Positions 47,506 to 57,319 of a stretch of DNA of 64,000 nt are shown here, piece by piece. Each line of letters opens with the position of its first letter. The first letter of the stretch is position 1. Made by a program: the position numbers and the translations under genes. This DNA comes from a virus (Duplodnaviria; Caudoviricetes), in IMG/VR virus record IMGVR_UViG_2912765049_000001, positions 87,950 to 151,949 of that record; one strand, written 5' to 3'. The notes below the pieces were generated by a model. That model did not search any database and was not told the origin of the DNA. It worked only from the letters and a program-made list of their open reading frames with translations.

Positions 47506-47791
47506 GTCCTCAACCGTCCCCGCGTACGGGCCGCCCGCAGGGCGGCCCGTTTCATGTGCCGGCGTACGGCTAGTCGGGCCTACTGACGCCACGTCAAAAT
47601 CGCGTGGCCCCTTCGAAGCTGAATTCATGCTGGTCCCCGTGCAGGTGGAGCAGGGTTTATGGAGTGCTTAATTCAGCTTCTGTAATCGGGGAGTTCGGGG
47701 AGAGCGGGTGCTGTACCGGTGGTGTACCGGCGGCGTACCGGTGGGCCGCGTAAGCTGCAATTACCGGGCTGATTTGGGAGTTGAGTTCGCG

Positions 47792-49300
47792 ATGGGGACG
47801 ACCGTGCGTCGGTGGACCGGCCACGAGGCGACTGTGCTGCGCGACGTGCTGCGGTTGTCCATTCGCCGTTACGCCGACCGCCTTGGAGTCAGCCCCAGCA
47901 TGGTGATGGAGTGGAAGAACCGCGGTACGAGCCTGGTCCCGGTACCGGAGACGCAGCAGATCCTGGACACAGCTCTGGCTCAGTGTGAGCCGCACGAGCG
48001 GGAGGCGTTCTTCGCCGCGCTCGAGGCGGCGCCGGGGGCCGCGCCTGGTTCCGCCGCGGGTGCCCTGCCGGCGGGGATGGCTCGGCTGGAGCCTGCAGTG
48101 GAGGTTGTGGAGAGTCAGCAGCGGTGGCGTGAGGTGCGGCAGTACCTGAATGGGAATCGCGAGACGCTGTCACGGGCGGCGGCCGAGTTGTACGACCCTG
48201 CTCTGCGTATCAGTGGGACGCCGATGTTGATGGCGCCGGCCTGGAAGGCGGCCGAGCCTGTTCCGCTGGATCAGGTGGAGTTGGTGTGGACGGACGACGT
48301 GCCGGAGGTCCTGGTGACCGGCAGCGAGCCGGAGGCCGTGGCGACGCATCCGTTGCGGGCTCCGGGGGTGCGGTTCGATCGGTACACGCTGGCGATCCGG
48401 TACATCTCGGCACCGACGCTGTTCGAGAACCGGCCCAGCTACCGGCTGACGGACGTGAACTGGACGCCGGGGGCGGGCCGGTTGACGTTCGGGTTGGCCT
48501 CGTACTTCGACAAGGTCGACTTGTGCGAGGCGGTCGGGCACGAGTTCGCTGCGGCCTACATGGAGCACCAGGAGCAGGGCGGTGGTGACCGCCTTGCGTG
48601 GGGTGGGCTGCCGTTGCGCCGTCTGGTGGATGACCCGTTCGACCCAGGGTTGCGTGCTGTGACGCCGGCGATCACGACTCTGTTGATCCGGCGGCGGCGT
48701 GATGGGTCGGCGACGTTCTTGTTGCACTGGCGGGATCCGGCGAAGGTAGTGACCGCAGGTGGGTTGTACGACGCGGTGCCGGCGGGAGAGTTCCAGCCGG
48801 GCAGTGTGATGTCCGCGCAGTCTCCTCAGGATTTCGACCTGTGGCGGAACATCGTGCGGGAGCTGAACGAGGAGTTGTTGGGGGCGCCCGAGTTCGATGG
48901 ATCCGGCGGCCCCCTGCAGTACGAGCGGTGGCCGTTGTGGCGGACGCTCGAGCGGGCTCGCGTTGAGGGGCGTGTTCGGGCCTTCGCCTTCGGGGTGGGG
49001 GTGGATCCGCTGACACTGGCGGTCGCCATCCCGAGCGCCCTGGTCATCGACGATGAGCTGTTCGACCAGCTCTTCGGGGACATCGCTGCGGAGAACGCCG
49101 AGGGCGTCACGGTGACTCACTGGAATGGCCAGGACGTGCGGGGCGGCATCCCCTTCACTCATCAAAATGTCACACAATTCATCAACAACGAACCGATGGC
49201 CCCTCCCGGAGCGGCGTGTTTGGCCCTAGCGTGGGAGCACCGGGACCTTTTGCTGTCCCGTAGGACCGATCCGTCCCGTCGTCCGAGGAGCCGACCCTGA
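47792..49300 (+). CDS. XRE-HTH fused to a NUDIX-like domain
   Basis: WTGHEA...LSIRRYADRLGVS...W HTH; HWRDPAKV...PAGEFQP...IVRELNEELLG. Confidence 0.7.
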   Translation: MGTTVRRWTGHEATVLRDVLRLSIRRYADRLGVSPSMVMEWKNRGTSLVPVPETQQILDTALAQCEPHEREAFFAALEAAPGAAPGSAAGALPAGMARLEPAVEVVESQQRWREVRQYLNGNRETLSRAAAELYDPALRISGTPMLMAPAWKAAEPVPLDQVELVWTDDVPEVLVTGSEPEAVATHPLRAPGVRFDRYTLAIRYISAPTLFENRPSYRLTDVNWTPGAGRLTFGLASYFDKVDLCEAVGHEFAAAYMEHQEQGGGDRLAWGGLPLRRLVDDPFDPGLRAVTPAITTLLIRRRRDGSATFLLHWRDPAKVVTAGGLYDAVPAGEFQPGSVMSAQSPQDFDLWRNIVRELNEELLGAPEFDGSGGPLQYERWPLWRTLERARVEGRVRAFAFGVGVDPLTLAVAIPSALVIDDELFDQLFGDIAAENAEGVTVTHWNGQDVRGGIPFTHQNVTQFINNEPMAPPGAACLALAWEHRDLLLSRRTDPSRRPRSRP

Positions 49301-49305
49301 CCAGC

Positions 49306-50478
49306 GTGGTGTCACCTTCCGAGAGCCAGCAGCAGTGGCGCAGCGTCCGCGAGTACCTCAACGAGAACCGGTTCGCCTTGACGCAGCGTGCCGTGCGCGC
49401 CTTCCCGGACGACTTGCGGGTGGCCGGTACTCCCCTGCTGGCGCGGCCGGCCTGGCTTCCGGCGGCTCCGGTCCCGCTGGCGGATGTGCGGCTGGACTGG
49501 CGGGGCGACGGCGCGCTGGCACCGATCACCGGTGGCGAGCCGGAGCTCGGCCACATCCTGCCCCGGCAGGACGGCGGGGCGCCGGTGCACTCGTACGCCG
49601 CGGCCGTCGAGGCGCTCGCCCGGCCCAGGTTGTTCGAGAACAGGTCGTGCTACCGGCTGCTTGCCGCCGATGCCGCCGGCGAGGCCCCTGTCTTGGGGTT
49701 CGGCCGCGGTCAGTACTTCGACGTGATCAACATCTGTGAGGCGTCGGCCCACGAGTACGCTGCGGCTGCGCTCGCCGCCCCGGGTGACAGTTCGCCTCCG
49801 GCGTCTCAGATGCCGTTCCGTGCGGCTGTCGGCGATCCCACGGACCTCGCCCGGCGCCCCGTGATGGCCGCGATCAGCACGCTCGCCATTCGACACGACC
49901 GCAAGACCGGCGAGGCCGAGTTCATCCTGCACTGGCGCGACCCGGCGAAGGTGGCGACCGGGGGGAACCTTCACCAGGTGATGCCGGTGGGGATGTTCCA
50001 GCCGTCCCACGATGCGCCATGGAATGAGACGAACGACTTCGGGCTGTGGCAATCGATCGTGAGGGAGCTGAGCGAGGAACTCCTCGGCAGTAGCGAGGAG
50101 TACGGCAGCGACAAGGCGCCGATCGACTATGCGGCCTGGCCGTTCAACGCTGCTCTGCAGGAAGCCCGCGACGCCGGTAGGCTGCACGTTTGCTGGCTGG
50201 GGCTCGGCATCGACCCCCTCACCTACGTCTGCGACATGCTCACCGTCGCGGTGTTCGACGCGGACCTCTTCGACACCGCCTTCCCCCGACTCACTGCGAC
50301 CAACGACGAAGGTCACCTGGTCACCGTCGAGGACAGCACCGGCCGTTCCGTCGGCATCCCCTTCCGCGCCGATCACGTGGAGAGGCTGACCACCCAGGAG
50401 CAGATGCAGCCGGCCGGAGCCGCGCTTCTTCGCCTGGCCTGGGAGCACCGGTCCGCACTGCTCGCCTCTCCAGAGTGA
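49306..50478 (+). CDS. NUDIX-like domain protein, HTH-less paralog of the upstream gene
   Basis: Shares ESQQxWxxVRxYLNxNR, LFENR, HWRDPAKV, RELSEELLG and LAWEHR. Confidence 0.75.
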   Translation: MVSPSESQQQWRSVREYLNENRFALTQRAVRAFPDDLRVAGTPLLARPAWLPAAPVPLADVRLDWRGDGALAPITGGEPELGHILPRQDGGAPVHSYAAAVEALARPRLFENRSCYRLLAADAAGEAPVLGFGRGQYFDVINICEASAHEYAAAALAAPGDSSPPASQMPFRAAVGDPTDLARRPVMAAISTLAIRHDRKTGEAEFILHWRDPAKVATGGNLHQVMPVGMFQPSHDAPWNETNDFGLWQSIVRELSEELLGSSEEYGSDKAPIDYAAWPFNAALQEARDAGRLHVCWLGLGIDPLTYVCDMLTVAVFDADLFDTAFPRLTATNDEGHLVTVEDSTGRSVGIPFRADHVERLTTQEQMQPAGAALLRLAWEHRSALLASPE

Positions 50479-50521
50479 GGTCCGTCTGCCGCGTGGAGTG
50501 ATTGCGCCGCATGCACCAGGT

Positions 50522-50571
50522 ATGACGGAGGCCCGCGGCCCTGCGGCTGAGCAGGGGGCGGGCCTCCGTCA
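50522..50571. terminator. Bidirectional terminator
   Basis: TGACGGAGGCCCGC / GCGGGCCTCCGTCA between convergent units. Confidence 0.65.
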
Positions 50572-50580
50572 TGCGGCGGG

Positions 50581-50850
50581 TCAGGTGAACGTGACGGTCA
50601 TGGCGCAGCTGGTGATGGTCTTGCCGGCTTCTTCGTGGGCTGTCTTGTGCGCCGTGTCGTCGACGGTGTCGCAGACGAGGCGGCCGTCGGAGGTGTGGGT
50701 CCAGCCGCATGAGGGGTCGCCCCACTTTTCGGTGACGATGTCGATGACGGCCTGCTCGGTGGGTCCGTGAGGGGTGTAGCCCTCGCTGGTCTCGCTGGTG
50801 CCGCACAGATCACAGACGGCGATGAAGCAGGCGACCGGGCGTGTAGCCAT
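50581..50850 (-). CDS. Small Zn-binding protein
   Basis: CDLCG...GW...LVC. Confidence 0.65.
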   Translation of the reverse strand: MATRPVACFIAVCDLCGTSETSEGYTPHGPTEQAVIDIVTEKWGDPSCGWTHTSDGRLVCDTVDDTAHKTAHEEAGKTITSCAMTVTFT

Positions 50851-51557
50851 CAGGCATTACTCCTGTTCGTCTCCCACAGGTCCCGGTAGGGGCTCTCGCC
50901 GCAGGTGCGTTGTGCCTCGGCGCATGCCTGCTCGAATGCGGAGCGGACGGCGGCTTCGTCGGTGCCGCGGGCGGTGGCTTCGGTGAGCGCGCTGGTGCCG
51001 GGCCGGTGCTCGACGCGGTGGTGCGCGGGCTGGTCGGTGTAGGTGTCGGGCTCGAAGTCCCAGGCCCACATCCAGCCTTCGAAGTCGCTGAGGAATGTGC
51101 GCAGTTCCCGGCCGTCCGGCGTCCAGGACCTCGGGCCCATGGAGAACACCTGCTGCCGTTGCGCCTCTGTGCGCCGTACGGTCGAGAGTCCGCCGGGGCC
51201 GTGCTGCTGCCAGCGCTGCCGAGGCCAGTCCTCCACGGTGGCGGGCCGGCCGCGGTCCTGCGCCCACTGGGCTACGACATGCTCGGCGTGCTCTCGGTGC
51301 TCGAAGGGCACGGCCCGGGCCGTGGAGATGGTGGTGCCACCGAGCAGGGCGACGTACACCATGGGTTCGTTGTCTGGGCGGGTCACAGTGGCGTGTTCCC
51401 AGACGTGGCCGTCGAGTTGGTCGGCGTCGCCGGGGTTGACGGTCAGGGCGCCCTTCTCGCCACGCTCGATCTTGCGGACCTCGACGGTGCCACCGCCCTC
51501 AAGGTGGACGTGGTCGCCGACCTTGAAGTCGTCGGCAGGAAGGCGGAGTTCGGGCAT
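50850..51557 (-). CDS. Hypothetical protein
   Basis: GAGGA RBS; 235 aa. Confidence 0.7.
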   Translation of the reverse strand: MPELRLPADDFKVGDHVHLEGGGTVEVRKIERGEKGALTVNPGDADQLDGHVWEHATVTRPDNEPMVYVALLGGTTISTARAVPFEHREHAEHVVAQWAQDRGRPATVEDWPRQRWQQHGPGGLSTVRRTEAQRQQVFSMGPRSWTPDGRELRTFLSDFEGWMWAWDFEPDTYTDQPAHHRVEHRPGTSALTEATARGTDEAAVRSAFEQACAEAQRTCGESPYRDLWETNRSNA

Positions 51558-51592
51558 GTGTGGATCCTCTCAGGCTGGCTGACGGGTGGTGG

Positions 51593-51802
51593 TCAGCGGC
51601 GGCGGAAGAGTCGGCTGGCGCCGACCAGGACGGTGGTGCAGGTCCCGATGACGAACAGCCAGCCGACGCAGCCGTCTTCGGCGGCGTGCATTTCGGCGTG
51701 TTCCTCGCACGTCTCGCACTCTTCGTTGGCGGCGCCGAAGCCCAGCCAGTTGCCGCTGTGGAGTTCGGCGTGCCACTCGCACACCTCACACGGTTCCCTC
51801 AC
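51593..51802 (-). CDS. Small Cys/His-rich protein
   Basis: CEVCEWH / CETCEEH repeat, C-terminal TM. Confidence 0.55.
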   Translation of the reverse strand: MREPCEVCEWHAELHSGNWLGFGAANEECETCEEHAEMHAAEDGCVGWLFVIGTCTTVLVGASRLFRRR

Positions 51803-52335
51803 GTCGCCCCCTGGCCGGTTCGGAGGCGGTCGACCGCCGGATCACTCAGGGTGGTGAGGGCGCGGGTGATTTCAACGGCGTCGGTCGTGCCGGCGGTGGC
51901 GGGGGCGTACTGCCACTTGTATGCCTGGAGGTCGGCGGTCGCCGCGCCGTGCCGGGTGAAGACGACCCACTCGGTGGTGAGCGGGTAGGCCAGGGCGTGG
52001 CCGGGGAGGATGTCGCGGCAGTACTCCTCGAGCGCGGCCCGGGCGGCGTTGGTGTCGCCGGTCAGCGCGATGAGGTGGTCGCTGCCGTGGACGTCCTGGC
52101 TCCAGGCGACCAGGACGCCGTGGTGTTCGGCGTCCATCGCGTCCCGGTCGGGTTGGAAGGCGTGGACGTCGCACGGGAGCAGGAGGTATTCGCCGTTTTC
52201 GCGGGCGCCGGCGACGAGGTAGCCGTCGCCGCCGCAGCTGAAGCAGTCCTCGGTGTGCTGCGGGAGGGCCTCGTTGTCGGCGGGGACGGGTTCGTCGTGC
52301 TCGTTGAGTTGGGTCTTCAGGTAGGTGGTGGTCAC
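51799..52335 (-). CDS. Hypothetical protein (CxxC)
   Basis: AAGGAG RBS + GTG. Confidence 0.7.
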   Translation of the reverse strand: MTTTYLKTQLNEHDEPVPADNEALPQHTEDCFSCGGDGYLVAGARENGEYLLLPCDVHAFQPDRDAMDAEHHGVLVAWSQDVHGSDHLIALTGDTNAARAALEEYCRDILPGHALAYPLTTEWVVFTRHGAATADLQAYKWQYAPATAGTTDAVEITRALTTLSDPAVDRLRTGQGAT

Positions 52336-52397
52336 GGCGCTCCTTGCGGCGTGAGGTCTTCGGACCGTGTTGGTGGGGCCGGGAACCAACCCCATTT

Positions 52398-52424
52398 AAA
52401 CCCTATACGTAAGCAATAGATTAG
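52398..52424. promoter_or_regulatory. Motif B copy 2
   Basis: AAACCCTATACGTAAGCAATAGATTAG. Confidence 0.65.
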
Positions 52425-52478
52425 AGCGGGCGGGGCAGCCGCACAACGGCACGATCCCCCGCCCGCCGGATCCGGCCA

Positions 52479-52877
52479 TCAAGGCGCCAGGGGGCGGGGG
52501 CACTGGATCCATTCGTCCGGGGCGCGGTGGAGCGGTGCCAGGGCGCGCAGCACGGAGGAGATCCCCCTGCCGTCGGTCCAGTTCCACTTGATGCCCCGCG
52601 GCATGGGGGTGTGCGTGATCGGGTCGACGCGCACTTCCCGGGGGTCGTGGACGCCGGTGCCAGGGACGACGTAGTGCCGGTACACCACGGCCCACCGCTC
52701 GTGGGGCGAGTTGCCGACGACGACGTAGTAGTCGTTGGGAAGGCGCAGCAGGGCCACGGTCCAGCCGTCGGGTGCGTTGGTCGGGTAGGTGACGCGGATG
52801 CCGAGGGCGGCGACGGTCGGGATGGTGGGCAGCGGGCCGCGCAGCTTCAGCGCGTCGGTGCGGCGGGGCATGGTCAT
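52479..52877 (-). CDS. Hypothetical protein
   Basis: GAGGAGG RBS; preceded by an operator. Confidence 0.7.
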   Translation of the reverse strand: MTMPRRTDALKLRGPLPTIPTVAALGIRVTYPTNAPDGWTVALLRLPNDYYVVVGNSPHERWAVVYRHYVVPGTGVHDPREVRVDPITHTPMPRGIKWNWTDGRGISSVLRALAPLHRAPDEWIQCPRPLAP

Positions 52878-52914
52878 GTCCTCCTCGGCGTGGCGGTTTC
52901 CGTCCACCACACAT

Positions 52915-52931
52915 TACAACGATACGTTGTA
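52915..52931 (-). promoter_or_regulatory. Operator/promoter copy
   Basis: TACAAC-GATAC-GTTGTA. Confidence 0.8.
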
Positions 52932-53113
52932 AAGTTGGGAGGGTTTTCGGATCTTCATCGACCTGTTCGCGCCGGAAAGACCACCGCACGGTGCCGTAAA
53001 TCGCCGAGGCGTTCGACGGGCGACTTCGGTACGACCTCGCTCCCGGCGACAGCCTGTGGGGAGCCTGCGCCCTCCGCTACCCTCGAAGTAGAAGGCCGTA
53101 CGAGGAGGATGCG

Positions 53114-53419
53114 ATGAGCGGCGGCGAGTGGACCATCGACGGGATCGCCCACGCCCTCAGCGTGCCCGAACAGCGCATGAAGTTCCTGCGCGACATAAAC
53201 ATGACCCCCCTCACCGAGCTGCCCGCAGTCCTTGACCGCTGGGTACGTCACGTGACGGCGCTCGAGGCCGCCCGGCCCCGCATCGAAGCACTTCGTGGAC
53301 AGTTCCAGGAGACGGGCCAGCTGCCGGCGGAGTTCGAGGAGACCGAGGAGTCGGTGGCCGCGTTCGACGAGCTGCGTGAGCGCACGCTGGCCGCGACGCC
53401 GGAGCGCGGCGCCGCGTGA
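53114..53419 (+). CDS. Putative antitoxin
   Basis: 101 aa helical; GTGA overlap with the RelE-like gene. Confidence 0.55.
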   Translation: MSGGEWTIDGIAHALSVPEQRMKFLRDINMTPLTELPAVLDRWVRHVTALEAARPRIEALRGQFQETGQLPAEFEETEESVAAFDELRERTLAATPERGAA

Positions 53420-53667
53420 GCGAGTGGCGTTTCCTCCGTACGCCCCACACCATCGACCAGATCGCCGGCCTTCCCGTTGAAGCCCGGCTTCCCGCTCTCG
53501 AGCTGATCGACGCGCTGGAGACCGACCCGTACGCCATCACCGCGCCCTACGGCGAGGATGACGGCCTGACCCGGGCCGCCTCCTTCAGCGACTGGGGGAC
53601 GATGGTGATCCTGTGCAATCCGATCACCAAGCGGATCACGCTGCTCGCCGTCGTCTGGACTGGCTGA
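53416..53667 (+). CDS. Putative RelE/ParE-fold toxin
   Basis: 83 aa; WRF...QIAGLP...IDALETDP...ITLLAVVW layout. Confidence 0.55.
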   Translation: MSEWRFLRTPHTIDQIAGLPVEARLPALELIDALETDPYAITAPYGEDDGLTRAASFSDWGTMVILCNPITKRITLLAVVWTG

Positions 53668-53701
53668 GCAGCCGACGGGCGCCTCGGGAGCAGTTCCTGT
53701 C

Positions 53702-54511
53702 TCAGCCCGGCGCCCGCCGGGTGGCCAGTCCCTCGAACGGGTCGAACCCCAGCTCCTCGATCTTGCGCTGGCGGGTGGACTCCTTGGGCCGCCACTCTTC
53801 GCTGGCGGGGTAGATCAGGCCCAGGCCGGCCGCCGGGGGCGCGAGCTGGTAGTCGGCCTTGGGGCAGCCGCCCGCGTGCGGGCATTCCTCGAGCGCCCGG
53901 TTGCACATGGCGCATAGAAGGCCCCTGACCAGGCCCGTTTCGTGGTCGTGGTCGACCGCGGCGCCCGGGTAGTGGCCGCACAGATGGCAGTCGGAGCCGA
54001 TCGTGTCGACGAGCGCGGCGCGCAGCCTGCGGATGGAGGCCGTACGCGCGGGCGGCGGCGGCCACAGGTGCAGCGTCATGTAGTGGCCGGCGACGCAGCG
54101 GTCGCGGCGGACGATGGTGCCGGGGTCGGTGCCCGGGCCGGTCGGGCGTACGGTCCAGGCGGTGTCGGCGGAGCCCCAGATGATCTCGCCGTCGTCGCGT
54201 CCCCCGGTCCACTTCCGCGGGCCGTCTCCCGTCTCGACCCACGTGCAGCGCTGCCGGTGGCTCCAGACGTCGACGGCATCGGCGTCGGCGTCGCAGCAGA
54301 GCACGCGGCCGGCGCGGACGAGGTGGTGACGGCCGTCGTCGCCGGGGACGGCGAGCGCCCGGCCGGGCGGCCCGGGCGGAGGCGCCGGCAGGCGGCAGGG
54401 GCGGTCCGCGGAGTCGATGACGAGCTGCTCGACGAACGGCAGCCCGCGGAAGGACCAGCGCCACAGCAGCTTCGCGCGCCGGTAGGGGGACAGGTCGTCC
54501 AGGTTGGGCAT
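53702..54511 (-). CDS. Endonuclease VII (HNH) domain protein
   Basis: CHLC...VDHDHETGLVRGLLCAMCN. Confidence 0.85.
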   Translation of the reverse strand: MPNLDDLSPYRRAKLLWRWSFRGLPFVEQLVIDSADRPCRLPAPPPGPPGRALAVPGDDGRHHLVRAGRVLCCDADADAVDVWSHRQRCTWVETGDGPRKWTGGRDDGEIIWGSADTAWTVRPTGPGTDPGTIVRRDRCVAGHYMTLHLWPPPPARTASIRRLRAALVDTIGSDCHLCGHYPGAAVDHDHETGLVRGLLCAMCNRALEECPHAGGCPKADYQLAPPAAGLGLIYPASEEWRPKESTRQRKIEELGFDPFEGLATRRAPG

Positions 54512-54602
54512 GGGGGGATCGTGCCGTACGGCACTGACACCCGGTCCGAGACCGCCCGGGGCCGGGCGGGGGCGCCGCCCGGCCCGGCCTCGCTGGGGCT
54601 GC

Positions 54603-55139
54603 TCAGTACGAGGCGAATCCGAAGAACAGCCAGCCGCGGTGCTCGAGCGGTCCGCCGCCCTCGACGGGTATCTCGAGCTCCCCACCGATCACGTAGTCGG
54701 TGCGGGGGTGCCTCTTGTAGACGCCCTGGATGTAGACGCCTTGGGTGCTGGGCACCTGGCTCTCCCCCTCACGGAGGACCCCGGCCTGCTCCAGGGCCGC
54801 GGTCGCGGCCTCCTTCGTGGTCTTGAATCCGCGGCCGTGGTTGGCTCGTTCGGGGATGGTGACGCGGACGGTGCGGCGGTCGGTGTGGACGGGGATGGCG
54901 CCTGCGGGGCCCCACTTGTCGGCGAGTTCGTCGTCCGACTCGCTGAGCTTGGCTGCCAGCTTCTCGGCCTCGTTCAGCGTCATCGGCGTCTCGGTGACGA
55001 CCTTGTATTCGTCCTTCTCGGCGATGGTGCCGGTGTATCCGCCGTGGCCGCTTTCGTACTCGGCGTGCTCGACGGCGTCGCGGAAGGCTTGCTTGACGTC
55101 GGTTCCGTCGTGGTAGGCGGTGAAGTACTCGGCGCCCAT
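54603..55139 (-). CDS. Hypothetical phage protein
   Basis: MGAEYF...GHGGYTGTIAEK...DKWGPA...WLFFGFAS. Confidence 0.75.
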   Translation of the reverse strand: MGAEYFTAYHDGTDVKQAFRDAVEHAEYESGHGGYTGTIAEKDEYKVVTETPMTLNEAEKLAAKLSESDDELADKWGPAGAIPVHTDRRTVRVTIPERANHGRGFKTTKEAATAALEQAGVLREGESQVPSTQGVYIQGVYKRHPRTDYVIGGELEIPVEGGGPLEHRGWLFFGFASY

Positions 55140-55179
55140 TCGATCCCCCTCTTTCGCAGTGTTCCCTACCTCCCAACTA

Positions 55180-55196
55180 TACAACGTAGCGCCGTA
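55180..55196 (-). promoter_or_regulatory. Operator/promoter copy (degenerate)
   Basis: TACAAC-GTAGC-GCCGTA; minus strand reads GTTGTATAGTTG. Confidence 0.7.
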
Positions 55197-55406
55197 AAGT
55201 CCGAGCGGGTTGGGGGGTCAATTGCCGTTGCCATCAGGGGTTTTGCCGCCGTAGCGTCGTGCCCGTAGCCGCCGCTCCGCGGAGCGGTTGGAAGTAGGCC
55301 CAGGGTTCCCGCCGGACGGCGGGACCCTGGGCCCGCGCCTCGTGCGGCAGAGGCGAATCTCCCGGTTTCCCCTCCCCCGGCGATCTTCGAGTGCGATTCT
55401 GCGCGG

Positions 55407-56066
55407 ATGAGACGTTTACCTGGGGTGGGGATCGTCGCAGCCGGCGCGGTGGCGGCGATGGTGGTGATGTCCGGCTGTTCCGACGGCGGCACGAGCGAGG
55501 CCGGGAAGGCGGGGACGGCGTCCGCGGCGGGCACGGCCGCGGCGTCCAGCAGCCCGCCGGCCGCGGCGACGCCGGAGGAGAAGTTCAACGAACTGGTGCA
55601 AGGCACCAGCTACTACTTCGAGGGGCAGGGCACCGGGTCGTCCGCGGACGCGATGAAGCGGTACTGCGACCTCCTCGGCGAGAAGGAGCTCGACGGCGTC
55701 CCGCCGGCGCAGTGGCTGGCGGAGAGGGAGCTGACCAAGCAGGACGGGGAGACGGTCCTCGAGGAGGGAGTCACCGAGTTCTGCCCGGCGCAGGCCAAGA
55801 CGCTGAAGGCGGCCGTGGAGGGCACGTACGAGCGGTGGTTCGCCGACGGCACGTACGAGGTGGGCTCGGGGGCCGGGCAGATGCCGGCGGGCGCGTACCG
55901 CACGACCGGGGCGCTGCGCGAGTGCTACTGGGAGCGCACATCGCGGTCGGGGAAGGTGCTCGACAACGCGTTCGCGACGTCGGCGCAGGAGGTGCGGGTG
56001 ACGGTGCGGTCCGGGGACGGGCAGTTCACGACGCGCAGCTGCGGGTCGTGGCAGCCGGTGAAGTAG
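55407..56066 (+). CDS. Lipoprotein
   Basis: Signal peptide with lipobox MSGC; C-terminal DGTYEVG...CYWER...CGSW domain. Confidence 0.8.
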   Translation: MRRLPGVGIVAAGAVAAMVVMSGCSDGGTSEAGKAGTASAAGTAAASSSPPAAATPEEKFNELVQGTSYYFEGQGTGSSADAMKRYCDLLGEKELDGVPPAQWLAERELTKQDGETVLEEGVTEFCPAQAKTLKAAVEGTYERWFADGTYEVGSGAGQMPAGAYRTTGALRECYWERTSRSGKVLDNAFATSAQEVRVTVRSGDGQFTTRSCGSWQPVK

Positions 56067-56132
56067 CGGTCCACACGCACCGGGGCCCCGCCGCGCCGCG
56101 GGAGGCGCTGCGGGGCCCCGGGCCTTCGCGGC

Positions 56133-56513
56133 TCACGCGAAGGTGTTGTAGAAGTGGCTGGCAATGTCCGAGAGGTAGTCGGCGGCGTCCTGCCGGGCGT
56201 CCGCGTCGGTGATGTCCTTCAGCGGGAACTTGTCCGGGCTGTGCGGGTGCGGGTGCGGGGTCAGGCCGTCACCGGTGCACATCACCGTGCCGGTCAGGAG
56301 GTAGTCGCCGACGTGCAGGCCGGTGAGCCGGTAGCCGCTGGTGTCGCCCGGCCTGCCGAGGCTGATGGTGACCGCCAGCCGGTCGGGCTGGCCGAAGTAG
56401 CCGGGCATCACGTGGATGGTGTCGTCGTCGAAGGTGTACAGGGCGTGGCCCAGGTCCTTGAAGTAGCTGATCCGGGCGGTGGTGCCGTCGGCGAAGGTGA
56501 CGCTGGTCAGCAT
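56133..56513 (-). CDS. Hypothetical protein
   Basis: RBS; preceded by an operator. Confidence 0.7.
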   Translation of the reverse strand: MLTSVTFADGTTARISYFKDLGHALYTFDDDTIHVMPGYFGQPDRLAVTISLGRPGDTSGYRLTGLHVGDYLLTGTVMCTGDGLTPHPHPHSPDKFPLKDITDADARQDAADYLSDIASHFYNTFA

Positions 56514-56550
56514 GGTCGTTCCCCTTGTGGTCGGTGGTTCTCGCTACCCC

Positions 56551-56581
56551 CACACCTTACAACGCAGAGTTGTAAGGTGTG
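56551..56581 (-). promoter_or_regulatory. Operator/promoter copy with perfect 13-bp arms
   Basis: CACACCTTACAAC-GCAGA-GTTGTAAGGTGTG. Confidence 0.85.
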
Positions 56582-56640
56582 AAGTCGGTTCGCCGATCTT
56601 CCTCGCGCCAACACCCCTCCGTGACACCGGAGTTGGCGGC

Positions 56641-57177
56641 TCAGGCCATGAGGAGCTTGTCGTTGTCGAACGGGCGGGTGAAGTCGTCGTCGGGGTGGGT
56701 GCCGACATGCCCGTGAGGGCCACCCCACTCGTTGCCGCGGTGGGTGCCGCGCCTGTTGAGGCGGCGTATGCAGGTGTAGCCGTCGGTACTCATGAGCCCG
56801 CACTGGCCCTCGGGGGCGAGCGGGTTGCGGAAGGGCTCCTGGGGGCGCGCCGGGGTGATGCCGGCGTCCGCGAGGGCCTGGAGGTACTCCCCGACGGCCT
56901 CGCCGGTCAGTTCGGCGGAACGGTCCTGTTCGAGCTGGGTCAGGACGGCGGTGCCGGGCCCGGAGCAGTCGCTGCTGCGGGCGTCGCGGACCGTACCGCA
57001 GGAGGACCAGCCAGAGCCGATGGTGACGGTGGCACCGCAGTCGCGGCAGGTGCCCTCGAAGGCCAGCGCGTGGTCGAGGGTCGGGCGGGGGACCTGCTTC
57101 CAGGTGAGGGTGTGGCCGCGGTCGGCGACCTGGGTGTTCATGTCCTGCTTGGCGAGGGTCCACCAGCGCTGCGCCAT
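56641..57177 (-). CDS. Hypothetical Cys/His-containing protein
   Basis: MAQRWW...CRDCG; RBS. Confidence 0.7.
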   Translation of the reverse strand: MAQRWWTLAKQDMNTQVADRGHTLTWKQVPRPTLDHALAFEGTCRDCGATVTIGSGWSSCGTVRDARSSDCSGPGTAVLTQLEQDRSAELTGEAVGEYLQALADAGITPARPQEPFRNPLAPEGQCGLMSTDGYTCIRRLNRRGTHRGNEWGGPHGHVGTHPDDDFTRPFDNDKLLMA

Positions 57178-57230
57178 CTCCGTCTCCCGCTCTCGTCGAC
57201 GACCCCGGAGGGATGACCACCCCTCAACCA

Positions 57231-57247
57231 TACAACGCATCATTGTA
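57231..57247 (-). promoter_or_regulatory. Operator/promoter copy
   Basis: TACAAC-GCATC-ATTGTA. Confidence 0.8.
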
Positions 57248-57319
57248 TGGTGTGAAGGGGTTCGCCCATCTTCCTCAGTGGCGCGCCCGCCGTAACGGCC
57301 GGCGCGGGCCGCTCCGAGG

